Shown here piece by piece: positions 9,426-18,404 of a DNA stretch of 64,000 nt. Position 1 is the stretch's first letter; every line of letters begins with the position of its first letter. Location: the NCBI GenBank assembly GCA_047601445.1, contig JASGJH010000001.1, positions 352,001 through 416,000 on the forward strand. Reading direction: 5' to 3'. The notes below the pieces were generated by a model. It saw only the letters and a program-made list of their open reading frames with translations, was not told the DNA's origin and did not search any database. This DNA is from Myxococcales bacterium (GTDB taxonomy: Bacteria; Myxococcota_A; Polyangia; Polyangiales; DASUME01). A program made the position numbers and the translations under genes.

Positions 9426-9890
9426 ATGCTCGATGAGACGACTGCCAAGGGCTTCAAGCGGATCTGGATCGACTACACGGTGGAGGTCGACGCCAGCGAA
9501 GCCGAGCTGAGCGCGCTCCTGAGTGACATCGACCACTGGCCGAGCTGGACGCCTGGGCTCAAGGCCATCAAGCGCAAGTCGAATGGTGACTTTGGGGTCG
9601 GCACGCACTTCGTCATGGTGCTCGAGGTCAAGGGACTGCCCGGGCTGCCGCTGCCATGCGAGCTCTTCGTGAAGGAGCCTCGTCGCATCGAGTGGGGCGG
9701 CGGCGCGCTGGGGTCGGTGATTCGCCATCGCTTCGAGCTCACCTCGCTTGGTCCCACGCGCACCAGCCTGCGCCACGTGGAGTACGCCACGAACCTGCTG
9801 GCGCTGGTCACGCTGCCGGCGGAGAAGGGCATCCACGGGCACGATCGCCGCTGGTCGAACGCGATTCGAGCGCGCTTCGCCCGCGCTTGA
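9426..9890 (+). CDS. SRPBCC / polyketide cyclase-like protein
   Basis: VEVDAS..LSDIDHWPSWTP, GVGTHF, EPRRIEW, TSLRHVE. Confidence 0.8.
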   Translation: MLDETTAKGFKRIWIDYTVEVDASEAELSALLSDIDHWPSWTPGLKAIKRKSNGDFGVGTHFVMVLEVKGLPGLPLPCELFVKEPRRIEWGGGALGSVIRHRFELTSLGPTRTSLRHVEYATNLLALVTLPAEKGIHGHDRRWSNAIRARFARA

Positions 9891-9910
9891 GTGCGCTTGC
9901 CCGCAAGAAA

Positions 9911-10270
9911 CTAGCGGTCGCGAAACGAGCCTGAGGGGATAGGGCGCGCGGCTCCCAGGCGTTCCCGCGGCATCAGGTAGGTTTGGGCCGAGGTGGCGTC
10001 CGACAGCTCGATGCGTTCCCGCACGTAGAACTCTGGGACCTCCTCGAGCTCGTCGAGTCTCGCCAGGGTGAGGTCGTCGACTGCGTAGAGCTCGCCGAGC
10101 ACACTCGTGGTGCCTCCGCTGAGCATGGCCGGGAAGTAATCGACGAGCACCAGCTCGTATTCGGGCCGCGTGCGGCGCGCGCCCAAGAACTCCGCGCCCG
10201 CTAGCTGGTCGTGATGATGCTGGTCCTGCATCAGGGTGCCGTAAACAAAGACGAGGTGACGGCCAGCCAT
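9911..10270 (-). CDS. Gamma-glutamylcyclotransferase (AIG2-like)
   Basis: VFVYGTLM, GELYAV, LDELEE..FYVR. Confidence 0.9.
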   Translation of the reverse strand: MAGRHLVFVYGTLMQDQHHHDQLAGAEFLGARRTRPEYELVLVDYFPAMLSGGTTSVLGELYAVDDLTLARLDELEEVPEFYVRERIELSDATSAQTYLMPRERLGAARPIPSGSFRDR

Positions 10271-10304
10271 GGACCCGATGCTAGCGTGAAGCTAGCTTCA
10301 AGCC

Positions 10305-10478
10305 ATGGACCGCGTGGGACTTTGCGCGCACTGCCAGCATGCACGGGTCATCGAGAGCGGGCGTGGCTCGCGCTTCTACCTGTGCACGGCGGCCCAACGT
10401 GATCCGCGCCTGCGCAAGTACCCGCCGTTGCCGGTGCTGTCCTGCTTCGCCTACGAACCCAATCAGCCCACGCCGTAG
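10305..10478 (+). CDS. Small 57-aa four-cysteine protein (absent from the ORF track)
   Basis: Hand translation MDRVGLCAHCQHARVIESGRGSRFYLCTAAQRDPRLRKYPPLPVLSCFAYEPNQPTP*; GC-rich third positions; fills the gap between the flanking genes. Confidence 0.75.
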   Translation: MDRVGLCAHCQHARVIESGRGSRFYLCTAAQRDPRLRKYPPLPVLSCFAYEPNQPTP

Positions 10479-10480
10479 CC

Positions 10481-11932
10481 TTACTCGGCGGCGACGCTCT
10501 GGCTGGTGCTGGCCGGGCTGACGGTATCGGACGAGTAGAGATCGATCTCTGCCGGTAGCCGGGGCCGCTTCACGACGTGGCGCAACAGGCCCCACATGAA
10601 GCGGGCGACGAAGCTCGGCGTGACGATGGACCAGCGCTTGGCCCCGAAGTCCGCGAGTGGGACCACGGTACGCACCATGTGTCGATCGTGGATCACGATC
10701 TGCTCCATCAGGCGCGCCACGTAGCGCGTGACCTCGTAGAAGGGCGGCTTCTTGCCCTCGGTTTTGGGCCAGCGAAAGTCCATCGTGGTGGAGAGTACCC
10801 AGCCTTCTTCGAGGAATTCGGCCTGGGTCTTGTAGTAGCGGCGGAGGAATAGGCGATCCAATCCGCCCGCGTGTTTGCCGAGCGCTTCGGAGAGCGACTT
10901 GGCGGCGAGTGCAGAGGCCGTCATGCCTTGTCCGTAGCTCGGGTTGTATCCGCACACGGCATCGCCGAACAGGAGCAGGCCGTTGAGCTTGCCCCGATAC
11001 CGATGCATCAGCTTCCACCAGTTCACCGTGGTGCGGTTCTGCACGACCTCGGTGAGCGGTTCCGCACGCGACAGGAGCTCGTAGGCGAGGGGGGAGCGCA
11101 GGCTCTTTATGTACTCGAGCCAGCCGGCCTCATCGGTGGGCGCGTAGTCGCCGTTGGTGCCCACGGCGGTCACGATCCAGCGCTCGCCCTCCACCGTGAC
11201 GATGGAGAACCCGCGCGCGTGGTCGGGCGGGCAGTGATCGATGATGAGCGCGCGCCACCACCAGTTCTTGGCCTCGGCCGGCGCGCGATAGTGCCGCGTG
11301 GCGTAGCTGCACTTGGGATCGACGCGGAGCTCCTCCGGCTCGGGCAGGCCCATCTGCGTGAGCCACTTGGGTGATTTGGTGCCTCGGCCCGTGCTGTCGA
11401 CCACCACGTCGGCGCGGATCTCGCGCAGCTCGGGGTCGCTCGAATCGGTGCGCACGCCGGTTACCCAGACTTCATCGCCGCGGCGCTCGTGCACCAGATC
11501 CGTGGCGCGCACGCCTTGCACGATGCGGACGTTCTTGCGCCGAGCTAGCAGCAGGCGCCGCAGGGTGAACTCGAGCAGCGGCCGGGTTCCTGCGAAAGCG
11601 GTGGCTCCGATGTCGTCGTAGCGCGGAGCCCAGCCGTCGGGCGTGAGCCGTGCGATTTGATTGGACGGATCGAATTCGAACGCGCCGTGGACCTTGAGCT
11701 CTTGCATCAGCCCCGGGAACAGCGCGTCGAGCTCTTTGCGGCCTCGCATCTGCAGCGCATGCGGCTGATTGCCTTGCGGAACCCCGCGGCGGCCTTCGGG
11801 GGCGGCGGGGAGCTGGTCTTTTTCCAGCAGCGTGACTCGCTCGAAGTGCGGGGCCAACGCTTCCGCGGCGCAGATGCCGCCGATGCTAGCGCCGAGGATG
11901 ACGGCGTGGGTTCGAGAGGGGGGAACTGCCAT
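10481..11932 (-). CDS. FAD-dependent oxidoreductase/monooxygenase
   Basis: VILGASIGG Rossmann motif, LLEKD, VVDSTGRG, GDAVCGYNPSYGQGMT. Confidence 0.88.
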   Translation of the reverse strand: MAVPPSRTHAVILGASIGGICAAEALAPHFERVTLLEKDQLPAAPEGRRGVPQGNQPHALQMRGRKELDALFPGLMQELKVHGAFEFDPSNQIARLTPDGWAPRYDDIGATAFAGTRPLLEFTLRRLLLARRKNVRIVQGVRATDLVHERRGDEVWVTGVRTDSSDPELREIRADVVVDSTGRGTKSPKWLTQMGLPEPEELRVDPKCSYATRHYRAPAEAKNWWWRALIIDHCPPDHARGFSIVTVEGERWIVTAVGTNGDYAPTDEAGWLEYIKSLRSPLAYELLSRAEPLTEVVQNRTTVNWWKLMHRYRGKLNGLLLFGDAVCGYNPSYGQGMTASALAAKSLSEALGKHAGGLDRLFLRRYYKTQAEFLEEGWVLSTTMDFRWPKTEGKKPPFYEVTRYVARLMEQIVIHDRHMVRTVVPLADFGAKRWSIVTPSFVARFMWGLLRHVVKRPRLPAEIDLYSSDTVSPASTSQSVAAE

Positions 11933-12084
11933 GGCTAAGAAGGATTTGTAAGCATGCTAGCGAGTTCAGCCGTGTCCCGGGCGCGAAAAAGTGTGCCCGA
12001 GGGTGACTGCTCGCCTGACTGGCTGGCGGGTGCCTCGGGGGTGGAGTCCCGAGGGCGGTGGAAAGGCGCGCCGGCGGGCGCCCG

Positions 12085-14350
12085 TCACATCGTGGGCAAG
12101 GGGTCGCCGGACTCCTGAGGTGTGTCCGTGTGGGGCTCGGGAGCATTGGCGCGCGCCTCGAGCTCGCGCACCCGTCGACGTTCCACCTGCAAATCCTCGG
12201 TCACGCGCTCTTGCTCGTCGCGGGCGTGCGCGAGCGCACGCTCCAGCGAGCTCACGCGGCCCACATGGCTGTGGGCCTCCTCGCGCGCCTTGTCGAGCTC
12301 CGCCAGCAGCACCCGGGCGCGCGTGCGTAGCTCGTCGAGCTCGCCTTCGGCCGCGGCCATGCGCGAACGCGTCTCACGCAGCTCGGACTCCACGAACGCT
12401 CGCCGCTGCTCGGCGCTGAAGAGCTGCCCCTCGAGCGAGGTCACTTTGGCTTGCTCGTTGTGCAGGGCCCGCCGCGAACCTTCGAGCTCGGCTGCCACGG
12501 CCTGCAGCCGCCCGACCGTCTCGGTGTTCTCGTTGCGCGCCCGGCCGAGCTGGGCACCCAGGTGGCTCACTTCGCGATCCCGGGCGAGCAGGCGGTCCTC
12601 CACCTGCTGGCGGGTGAGCTCGCTCAACTGGAAGCTCTCTTCGAGCTGCAGGCGCCGCGCGCTCTCCTTGCCCAGCTTGTCTTGGGTTACTTCTGCGCGT
12701 AGCTGCGCCGCCTGGGCTTCCTCGCGCTTCTTCAAGTACACGTACGTGATCGAAGAGAGCCCCACGAGGGAACCCAAGGCGATGGGAGCGGCCCAGCGCA
12801 TCACCGCGCGTCGGCGCTCGCGCTGGCGCTCCGGGCGCGTGAGGGCGCTCAGCTCCTCCGCGAATTGCTCGGCGCTCGGCCGCTCGGACGGATCCTTCGC
12901 CAGCCAGCGCTTGAACTCGGGCTCGAGATACTTGAGCTCGCGGGCGGTCGGACCCGCCGGTGGGAAGTCGGCGCGGTGGGCGATGAACGCCTCGACCGCG
13001 GTGCCGGGCACCTGCTCCTGGGTGGCCGGTTCGAGCGCGTTGCGCAGCGAGAGCGCGAGCGAGAACACGTCGGCCTTGGCGCTGATGGTCGGGCGCTGCT
13101 CTTTGCCTGCGTACTGAGCCGCGATCTCGGGCGCGAAGTAGAGTGGGGTACCCGCCACGATCATCTCGGCTTCCTTGGCCGCCACGCCTAGGTCGATGAG
13201 TACGGGTAGGATGCGCTGGCGCTCCGCCTGCGCTTCTCCGATACGGGCCAGGAAGATGTTGTCCGGCTTGATGTCTTGATGCCGAATGCCGGCGGCGTGC
13301 ATGGTAGTGAGCGCCTGCGCCAGGGGCAGGAAGATCTCGCGTGCTTCCTCGCGCGTGAGGGGCTGGCGCTTGATGCGCTCTTCGAGCGTCTCGCCCTCGT
13401 ACCAGGGCATCACGAACCAAAGTCGCTCCTGGTACCAACCGTGATCTTTGAAATCCACCACCGACGGGTGGAAGACGGATGCGATCAAGCGCAGCTCGCG
13501 GAGCGCCGTCTTGCGCGCGTCTTCGCTCTTCGCCGCCTTGTGCAGAATCTTGAGTGCCACCACGTGACCGGGCACGTCGGTGTCGAGCGCGCGGTAGACG
13601 TCGCCGAAGGAGCCATCGCCCACGCGCTGTTGGATCTCGTAGCGCTCGCCGATGATGGTGCCCTCGGCCAGCGCGCGCCGCCCCCGCTCGTAGCGGTGCG
13701 GTCCGCTCGGTTCACGCACGGGCGCCAGCGCGAACGCTTCCTGCAGGGCGCCACGCAGCCCGCCGAGTCGGCTCGGAGGCGCATTGCCCAGTACCCCCGC
13801 CGCGCGCGACGCGGCGCGCTCGAGGTCCGTGACGACGTCCTCGACCATGCGCCCGACCACGTGGGCCACGTCCTCGGGCGAGAGCTCGCGCGCGTAGCGT
13901 AGCTCGAGTAGCTCGGCGTCCTCGGGTGGCAGTTCCTTGCGTAACTTGGCCAGGGCCTGCACGTAGCTCTCGGGAGCTCCCTCCGGAGGCGAGCACCAGG
14001 TCACGCCGCCGTTGCCGAGCGAGGCTCCCACGCGGTGCGCCGCGGCCACTTCGCGGGCCAGCTTGTACAGATGCGCGCGCGGGCCTGGTGGGCTGTTGAG
14101 CGCGGCCGAGCTCCACTGCTCACTGCGCGCCGTGAGATTCGAGGTAGGCTTTTTGAGCCTTGCCGGTCGAACCCAGTCGGATGGTCAGGTACTGACGCAA
14201 ACCCTCGCTGTAGTGGCGCAGGGCGCGCTCCCGCAGCACGTCCGCCACCGTCTCCTGCATGCCGTTGGCGAGCACGATGGACTCGGCCGCCACGAGCAGC
14301 ACGGGCTTCTTGGCTGGTGTTGGCTTGGCGTCTGGCACGGTGCGATCCAT
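12085..14350 (-). CDS. ECF sigma-like N-terminus + Ser/Thr kinase + TM helix + coiled coil; about 754 aa after removing one extra base near 14138
   Basis: ORFs 14120-14350 and 12085-14049 join when one base is removed; kinase motifs GDGSFG, VALK, HQDIKPDN, DLG, APE; sigma4-like LPPEDAELLELRYARELSPEDVAHVVG. Confidence 0.8.
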
Positions 14351-14439
14351 CCGAGGAACCCTCCACTGCTCACATTAGCTGGCAGCGCAGGAGGGCACAA
14401 AAAAGGCTGGAAGGACCGATCCAATCAGCTCGGAAACGC

Positions 14440-14464
14440 ACAGGGCGGCTCGAAGCCGCCCTGT
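14440..14464. terminator. Intrinsic terminator-like hairpin
   Basis: ACAGGGCGGCT-CGA-AGCCGCCCTGT, a perfect 11-bp stem just downstream of the minus-strand gene ending at 14497. Confidence 0.6.
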
Positions 14465-14496
14465 TTCTTGACTCGGAAGATGGTTTGAAGGTGGGA

Positions 14497-16671
14497 CTAC
14501 TGGAGCTCGACGAACGGAGCCGCACAGCGGTTGTTGATGCAGGTTACGCCGCTGGTGTCGTAGCCGCAGCAGTCGGCGTCGCTGACGCAGGTCTCGTCGA
14601 TGTACGAGCATCCCGCGACCGGCGGCACGCAGGTGTATTGGACCTCGCCGAACTCGCCGCTGGCGTCGATCTGGCGGCAGAAGCCCTCGCAGCACTCGGC
14701 GCCCGAGGAGCACGAGTCGCCTTCTTGCTTGCAGGGCTCGAGCGCGGTGAATGCGCGCATGTTGCCGGCCATGAGCTCCTGACCGGGCAGGTAGAACGCC
14801 GGGTGGCTCGGGTCGTCCTTGCCGGTGTAGTCGAGATCGATGGCGGCCACCCAGAGCTTCTTACGCAGGCTGGGATGTTCGGTGTTGTTGTCGAAGGTTC
14901 CCCACTCGTTGTCGGTGCCCGGCACCGTGCCGCCCGGTGCCAGCGTGTGACCGTAGGCACGGCGACTCGTGAAGATGACCCAGTAGTAACCGCCCACCGG
15001 CACCGGCAGCACCGACGGCTCGTAGTTGCGCCGGCTCTCCTCGTCGACGCCGTAGGGGAAGTAGCTGTCCGTGGCGTTGATCCAGCCGTTGAGGGCGGCC
15101 AGCTTGTTCACCTTGTTCGCCGTGATGTCCGCCAGGCGCAGCTCGGCGTAGGACGGCTTCGCGCCGTACTGGCCGGTGTCGAAGCGGTCGCCCTCGTGGA
15201 ACAGCACGCCCTTGGCATCGGGCACGAAGCTGGGCCAGCCCACCACGCCGGGCGCGCCGCCGCTCACGGTAGGGCCCACGAAGTCGGCCACCGTCACGGG
15301 CGCACCGAAGGTCGGGGGCTGGGTCGTCAGGTCCACGTCCATCACCTTCAGCTTCTTGGCCTTCTCGTCGTTGTCGAAGGAGCTGAACGCGAGGCGCTTA
15401 CCGTCGGGCGAGAACACCGGCGTGAGGGCGTACTTGACCTGGCTGGTGAGCGTGGGAGCGGCGATCACCGCGCCGGTCTTGCTGTCGATGAGCTGGCTCG
15501 GGTAGTCGCCACCGAGGCCGCGGATGGTGCTGTCGTTCGGCACGCCGCAGTTGACCAGCATACTGCCGTCGGGCGTGAAGCCCGCGAACGGATACTTGCG
15601 GCCCTCGGTGTCCTGCACGCGCACGGGCGCGCTGCCGTCCGCCATCAAGTCGAAGGTGGCCGAGTCCTTGGGGTTGCCGCTGTCGCCCCACTGCACGCCT
15701 GCGCCGAGCACGTTGCCGTGCGCGCTGACCGAGTGGCACACAGTGCAGCCGCCGTCGTTCTTGTTGAACGCCGTGGAGATCAGCACTTCTGCGTCGGAGC
15801 CCGGGCGAATGCGCATCACCGCGCCGGAGTTCTTGGCCAGCGGCGAGTTGTAGCTGTTGTAGTAGATGATGCCCTTGAGATCGCCGGCGGCGATGCGCCA
15901 GGTCTGCGTGGCCGGACCGACCACCGAGCTACCGACCAGCTTGAGCACTTCCAGCGAGACCTCCTGGGTGCCGTCCGACGAGTTGGTAAGAGCGTCCCAG
16001 ATCTCCGCAGGCAGCTGGATGCTGGCCGGGTTCTTCGTGGTGAAGTAGCCCTTGTAACTGAAGTCGCCGACCTTGGCCGTGATGCGCGTGGCATCGGCTG
16101 CGCCGTCGCCGAACTGCATGAACGGTCCCGGCAGCCCGCGCGGGAAGACGGTCTTGTCGTAGGGGTAGAGCCACTTGAAGTTCGCGTTGGCCGTGGGCGG
16201 CGTGCTGTCGAGCGCAGTCTTCTGCTCCGGCGTCACTCCGTCTTCACTGCGCTCGACGTTGGAGACCACGCGCAAGGTGACGCTGCCCGTGTGTCCGTTG
16301 AAGCGCCCGGTGATGGTGGTGGTGCCTGCGACCAAGCCCTTCGAATGGAACACACCATTGGCATCGATGTAGCCGAGCCGCGAGTTGTCGCTCGACCAGG
16401 TGACCGTCTTGAGCGGCATGCCGTCCAGCAAGGCCGTGAGCTGGAGCGTGGACTCATCGCCGGTGACCTGCAGCATGGGCGGGTTCGGCTCGAAGGTCAG
16501 CATGCTCAGCGCCGCATCACTCGGGTTCCCACCGTCGTCGGTGCTCGCGTCGGAGCCTCCATCGAGCAGGTCGCCGTGCGGCGACTTTCCGCCACCGGAA
16601 CAGCCGATGAGACACGCGAGCATCGAGCCAGCGATCAAAGAGGGTGAGAAGGTGCGAAGTCGAGCAGTCAT
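14497..16671 (-). CDS. Lipoprotein with Ig-like domain, TolB-like beta-propeller and Cys-rich C-terminus
   Basis: Lipobox-like LIGC; VTWSSDN..G.ID.NG Ig-like motif; PVFSPDGKRLAF, PSFVPD, WVIFTSRR propeller motifs; start at ATG 16671. Confidence 0.8.
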   Translation of the reverse strand: MTARLRTFSPSLIAGSMLACLIGCSGGGKSPHGDLLDGGSDASTDDGGNPSDAALSMLTFEPNPPMLQVTGDESTLQLTALLDGMPLKTVTWSSDNSRLGYIDANGVFHSKGLVAGTTTITGRFNGHTGSVTLRVVSNVERSEDGVTPEQKTALDSTPPTANANFKWLYPYDKTVFPRGLPGPFMQFGDGAADATRITAKVGDFSYKGYFTTKNPASIQLPAEIWDALTNSSDGTQEVSLEVLKLVGSSVVGPATQTWRIAAGDLKGIIYYNSYNSPLAKNSGAVMRIRPGSDAEVLISTAFNKNDGGCTVCHSVSAHGNVLGAGVQWGDSGNPKDSATFDLMADGSAPVRVQDTEGRKYPFAGFTPDGSMLVNCGVPNDSTIRGLGGDYPSQLIDSKTGAVIAAPTLTSQVKYALTPVFSPDGKRLAFSSFDNDEKAKKLKVMDVDLTTQPPTFGAPVTVADFVGPTVSGGAPGVVGWPSFVPDAKGVLFHEGDRFDTGQYGAKPSYAELRLADITANKVNKLAALNGWINATDSYFPYGVDEESRRNYEPSVLPVPVGGYYWVIFTSRRAYGHTLAPGGTVPGTDNEWGTFDNNTEHPSLRKKLWVAAIDLDYTGKDDPSHPAFYLPGQELMAGNMRAFTALEPCKQEGDSCSSGAECCEGFCRQIDASGEFGEVQYTCVPPVAGCSYIDETCVSDADCCGYDTSGVTCINNRCAAPFVELQ

Positions 16672-16826
16672 GCTCGCAAAGTACACTCTGAGCACTACAT
16701 TCGAGGCCAATTTTTCGGCCTTAACCGGATCCAGGGGGTTGTGCGTAACGCATGCGCCTACCGAGGCTCTGTGCGTGCTACAGGCGCGCCCGGGCTAGCC
16801 GATCCGTTGAGAGTGGATTCCCAGAA

Positions 16827-18137
16827 CTAGTTCTTCATGCGGTCGAGCAAGCGCTTCGCTTCGTCGTCCTGCGGATCGAGCTCGAGGGCGCGCAAGAGCG
16901 AGTTCTTGGCGGTGTCGAGGTCTTTGCTTTCGAGCGCGAGCTGACCTTTTACATGGTGAGCAAACGCGAGATGACGATCCTGGGCCAGGGTGCGTGTACA
17001 CAGCTCGGAAAGCATGTCGCGCCACTTTCCTGCGCGACCCGTGGAGAGATAGGCGGACCAGGCCGCGAACAGAGCGTACTCGAGAGCACTCGGGCGCAGG
17101 TTGGAGGCCTCACGGAAGGCGTCCGCTGCCGCACCATATTCGCCCGCGCGCAAGAGCTCTTTTCCCTGCAAGAAGGCACTGTCTGCCAGGAGCTTTTCCT
17201 TGCCGGGCAGGCTGACCACGTCGCCGGGAGGAGGCGGTGGCCGAATGGAGTCATGGGCGGCCGTGGGGCTCGGCGCGTCGCTCACGCGAATGCTGCGGCG
17301 CGGGGTGCGGGCGAGATCCTCGATCACGAAGGGACCACTCTCGTCCGGGGCGTCGAGCTCCGGGGCCTCCACTTGATCGCAGAGGGTTAGCGCGACCAAC
17401 ACGTGGCCCACGCGCGGGTTGCGCGCGGCCGGACCCGCCATGACGTGCCCGATCGTCTGGGCGATCAGGATCTGGTCCAACATGGCTTCCTCGAAGTCGC
17501 CGAAGCCAAAGCGCGAGCCGACATGCTCGCGCTCCGAGCGCAGCCGCACGGTCTCACGCCACAAGGGCGACAGCACATCCTGCACGCGCTCGCCCGAGAA
17601 ATGCCGGGCCACGCCCGCCAGCAGCAGTGGCTCCACATGGAGCGGGGCACCCGCGAGCGCCTGCACCCCGTGTTCCTCGGTGATGAAAGTGTGCTGGTTG
17701 CGCTCCCAGTGCAGACAGCGCTGAAGCTTGTCGCGCACCTGGTCGCGCAGGGCGTCGTCCAAGACCTCACTCTCGAGCACGCCGAGGCGCCGGGCGACTT
17801 CCCCGAATTTCAGGCGTCCCTGGAGCAACATGCGCTGCTCCTCGATCATCGCCAGCGTGGACTCTGAAATCTTCCCACGCTGCACCAGCAAGCGACCCAG
17901 GCTGTCGGCGGGCAGTCCGCCTTCCACGAACACCGGGTGGCCGTCGCGCATGCGGACGATGGTGACTACACCTTCGGCTTCCACCCGAAGCGTCCCCGTG
18001 GCGCCTCGGTGCTGGATGCTCAGGAGGGTCCGAACCAGGCGGTAGTCCGCGCGGTGCATCAGCACGGCGCACGGCTCTGGGGCCGGCTCGAGGCCAGCGT
18101 ATCTGGGCTCGCTGGGTGGCTTGGGCTCCGAGGCCAT
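16827..18137 (-). CDS. DUF4388-like domain + C-terminal TPR protein
   Basis: TGTLRV..DGHPVFV..SLGRLLVQRGKIS..KFGEV; TPR-like AHHVKGQL..ALELDP. Confidence 0.78.
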   Translation of the reverse strand: MASEPKPPSEPRYAGLEPAPEPCAVLMHRADYRLVRTLLSIQHRGATGTLRVEAEGVVTIVRMRDGHPVFVEGGLPADSLGRLLVQRGKISESTLAMIEEQRMLLQGRLKFGEVARRLGVLESEVLDDALRDQVRDKLQRCLHWERNQHTFITEEHGVQALAGAPLHVEPLLLAGVARHFSGERVQDVLSPLWRETVRLRSEREHVGSRFGFGDFEEAMLDQILIAQTIGHVMAGPAARNPRVGHVLVALTLCDQVEAPELDAPDESGPFVIEDLARTPRRSIRVSDAPSPTAAHDSIRPPPPPGDVVSLPGKEKLLADSAFLQGKELLRAGEYGAAADAFREASNLRPSALEYALFAAWSAYLSTGRAGKWRDMLSELCTRTLAQDRHLAFAHHVKGQLALESKDLDTAKNSLLRALELDPQDDEAKRLLDRMKN

Positions 18138-18374
18138 GGACCGAACGCTCTAGCATGCGGGGACGGTGAGGCCAGCGTGCATAACTTAGGACGGTCAGGT
18201 GTCGGCGACCGCGAGGCGTGTCCGCGGAGACGCACACGATGTGGTTCTACAGCCGCAGATTTCAGGCCTGTGGGACCCGGACTCGATTAGGTGACGAGAC
18301 CAGCCTCGGATGTTATGCAGGGCCTTTGCGAGAAGCCGAACGACTGACCTCGGCGCGAGTTTTCCGCTGTCTCC

Positions 18375-18390
18375 TGGCACGGACCTCGCA
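18375..18390 (+). promoter_or_regulatory. Putative sigma-54 (-24/-12) promoter
   Basis: TGGCACGGACCTCGCA has GG-N10-GC spacing and lies just upstream of the 18405 CDS. Confidence 0.5.
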
Positions 18391-18404
18391 GAGTCAGTGT
18401 CGCT

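Noticed and set aside
8752..11932. Methyltransferase, SRPBCC, GGCT and FAD enzyme as a secondary-metabolite cluster
   Set aside because: Mixed orientations and no PKS, NRPS or other scaffold-forming enzyme
14035..16647. 870-aa plus-strand ORF, and similar long antisense ORFs (18495-20780, 29858-31936, 36832-39342, 49234-51174)
   Set aside because: Shadow ORFs opposite well-supported genes; expected from high-GC codon bias and lacking recognisable motifs
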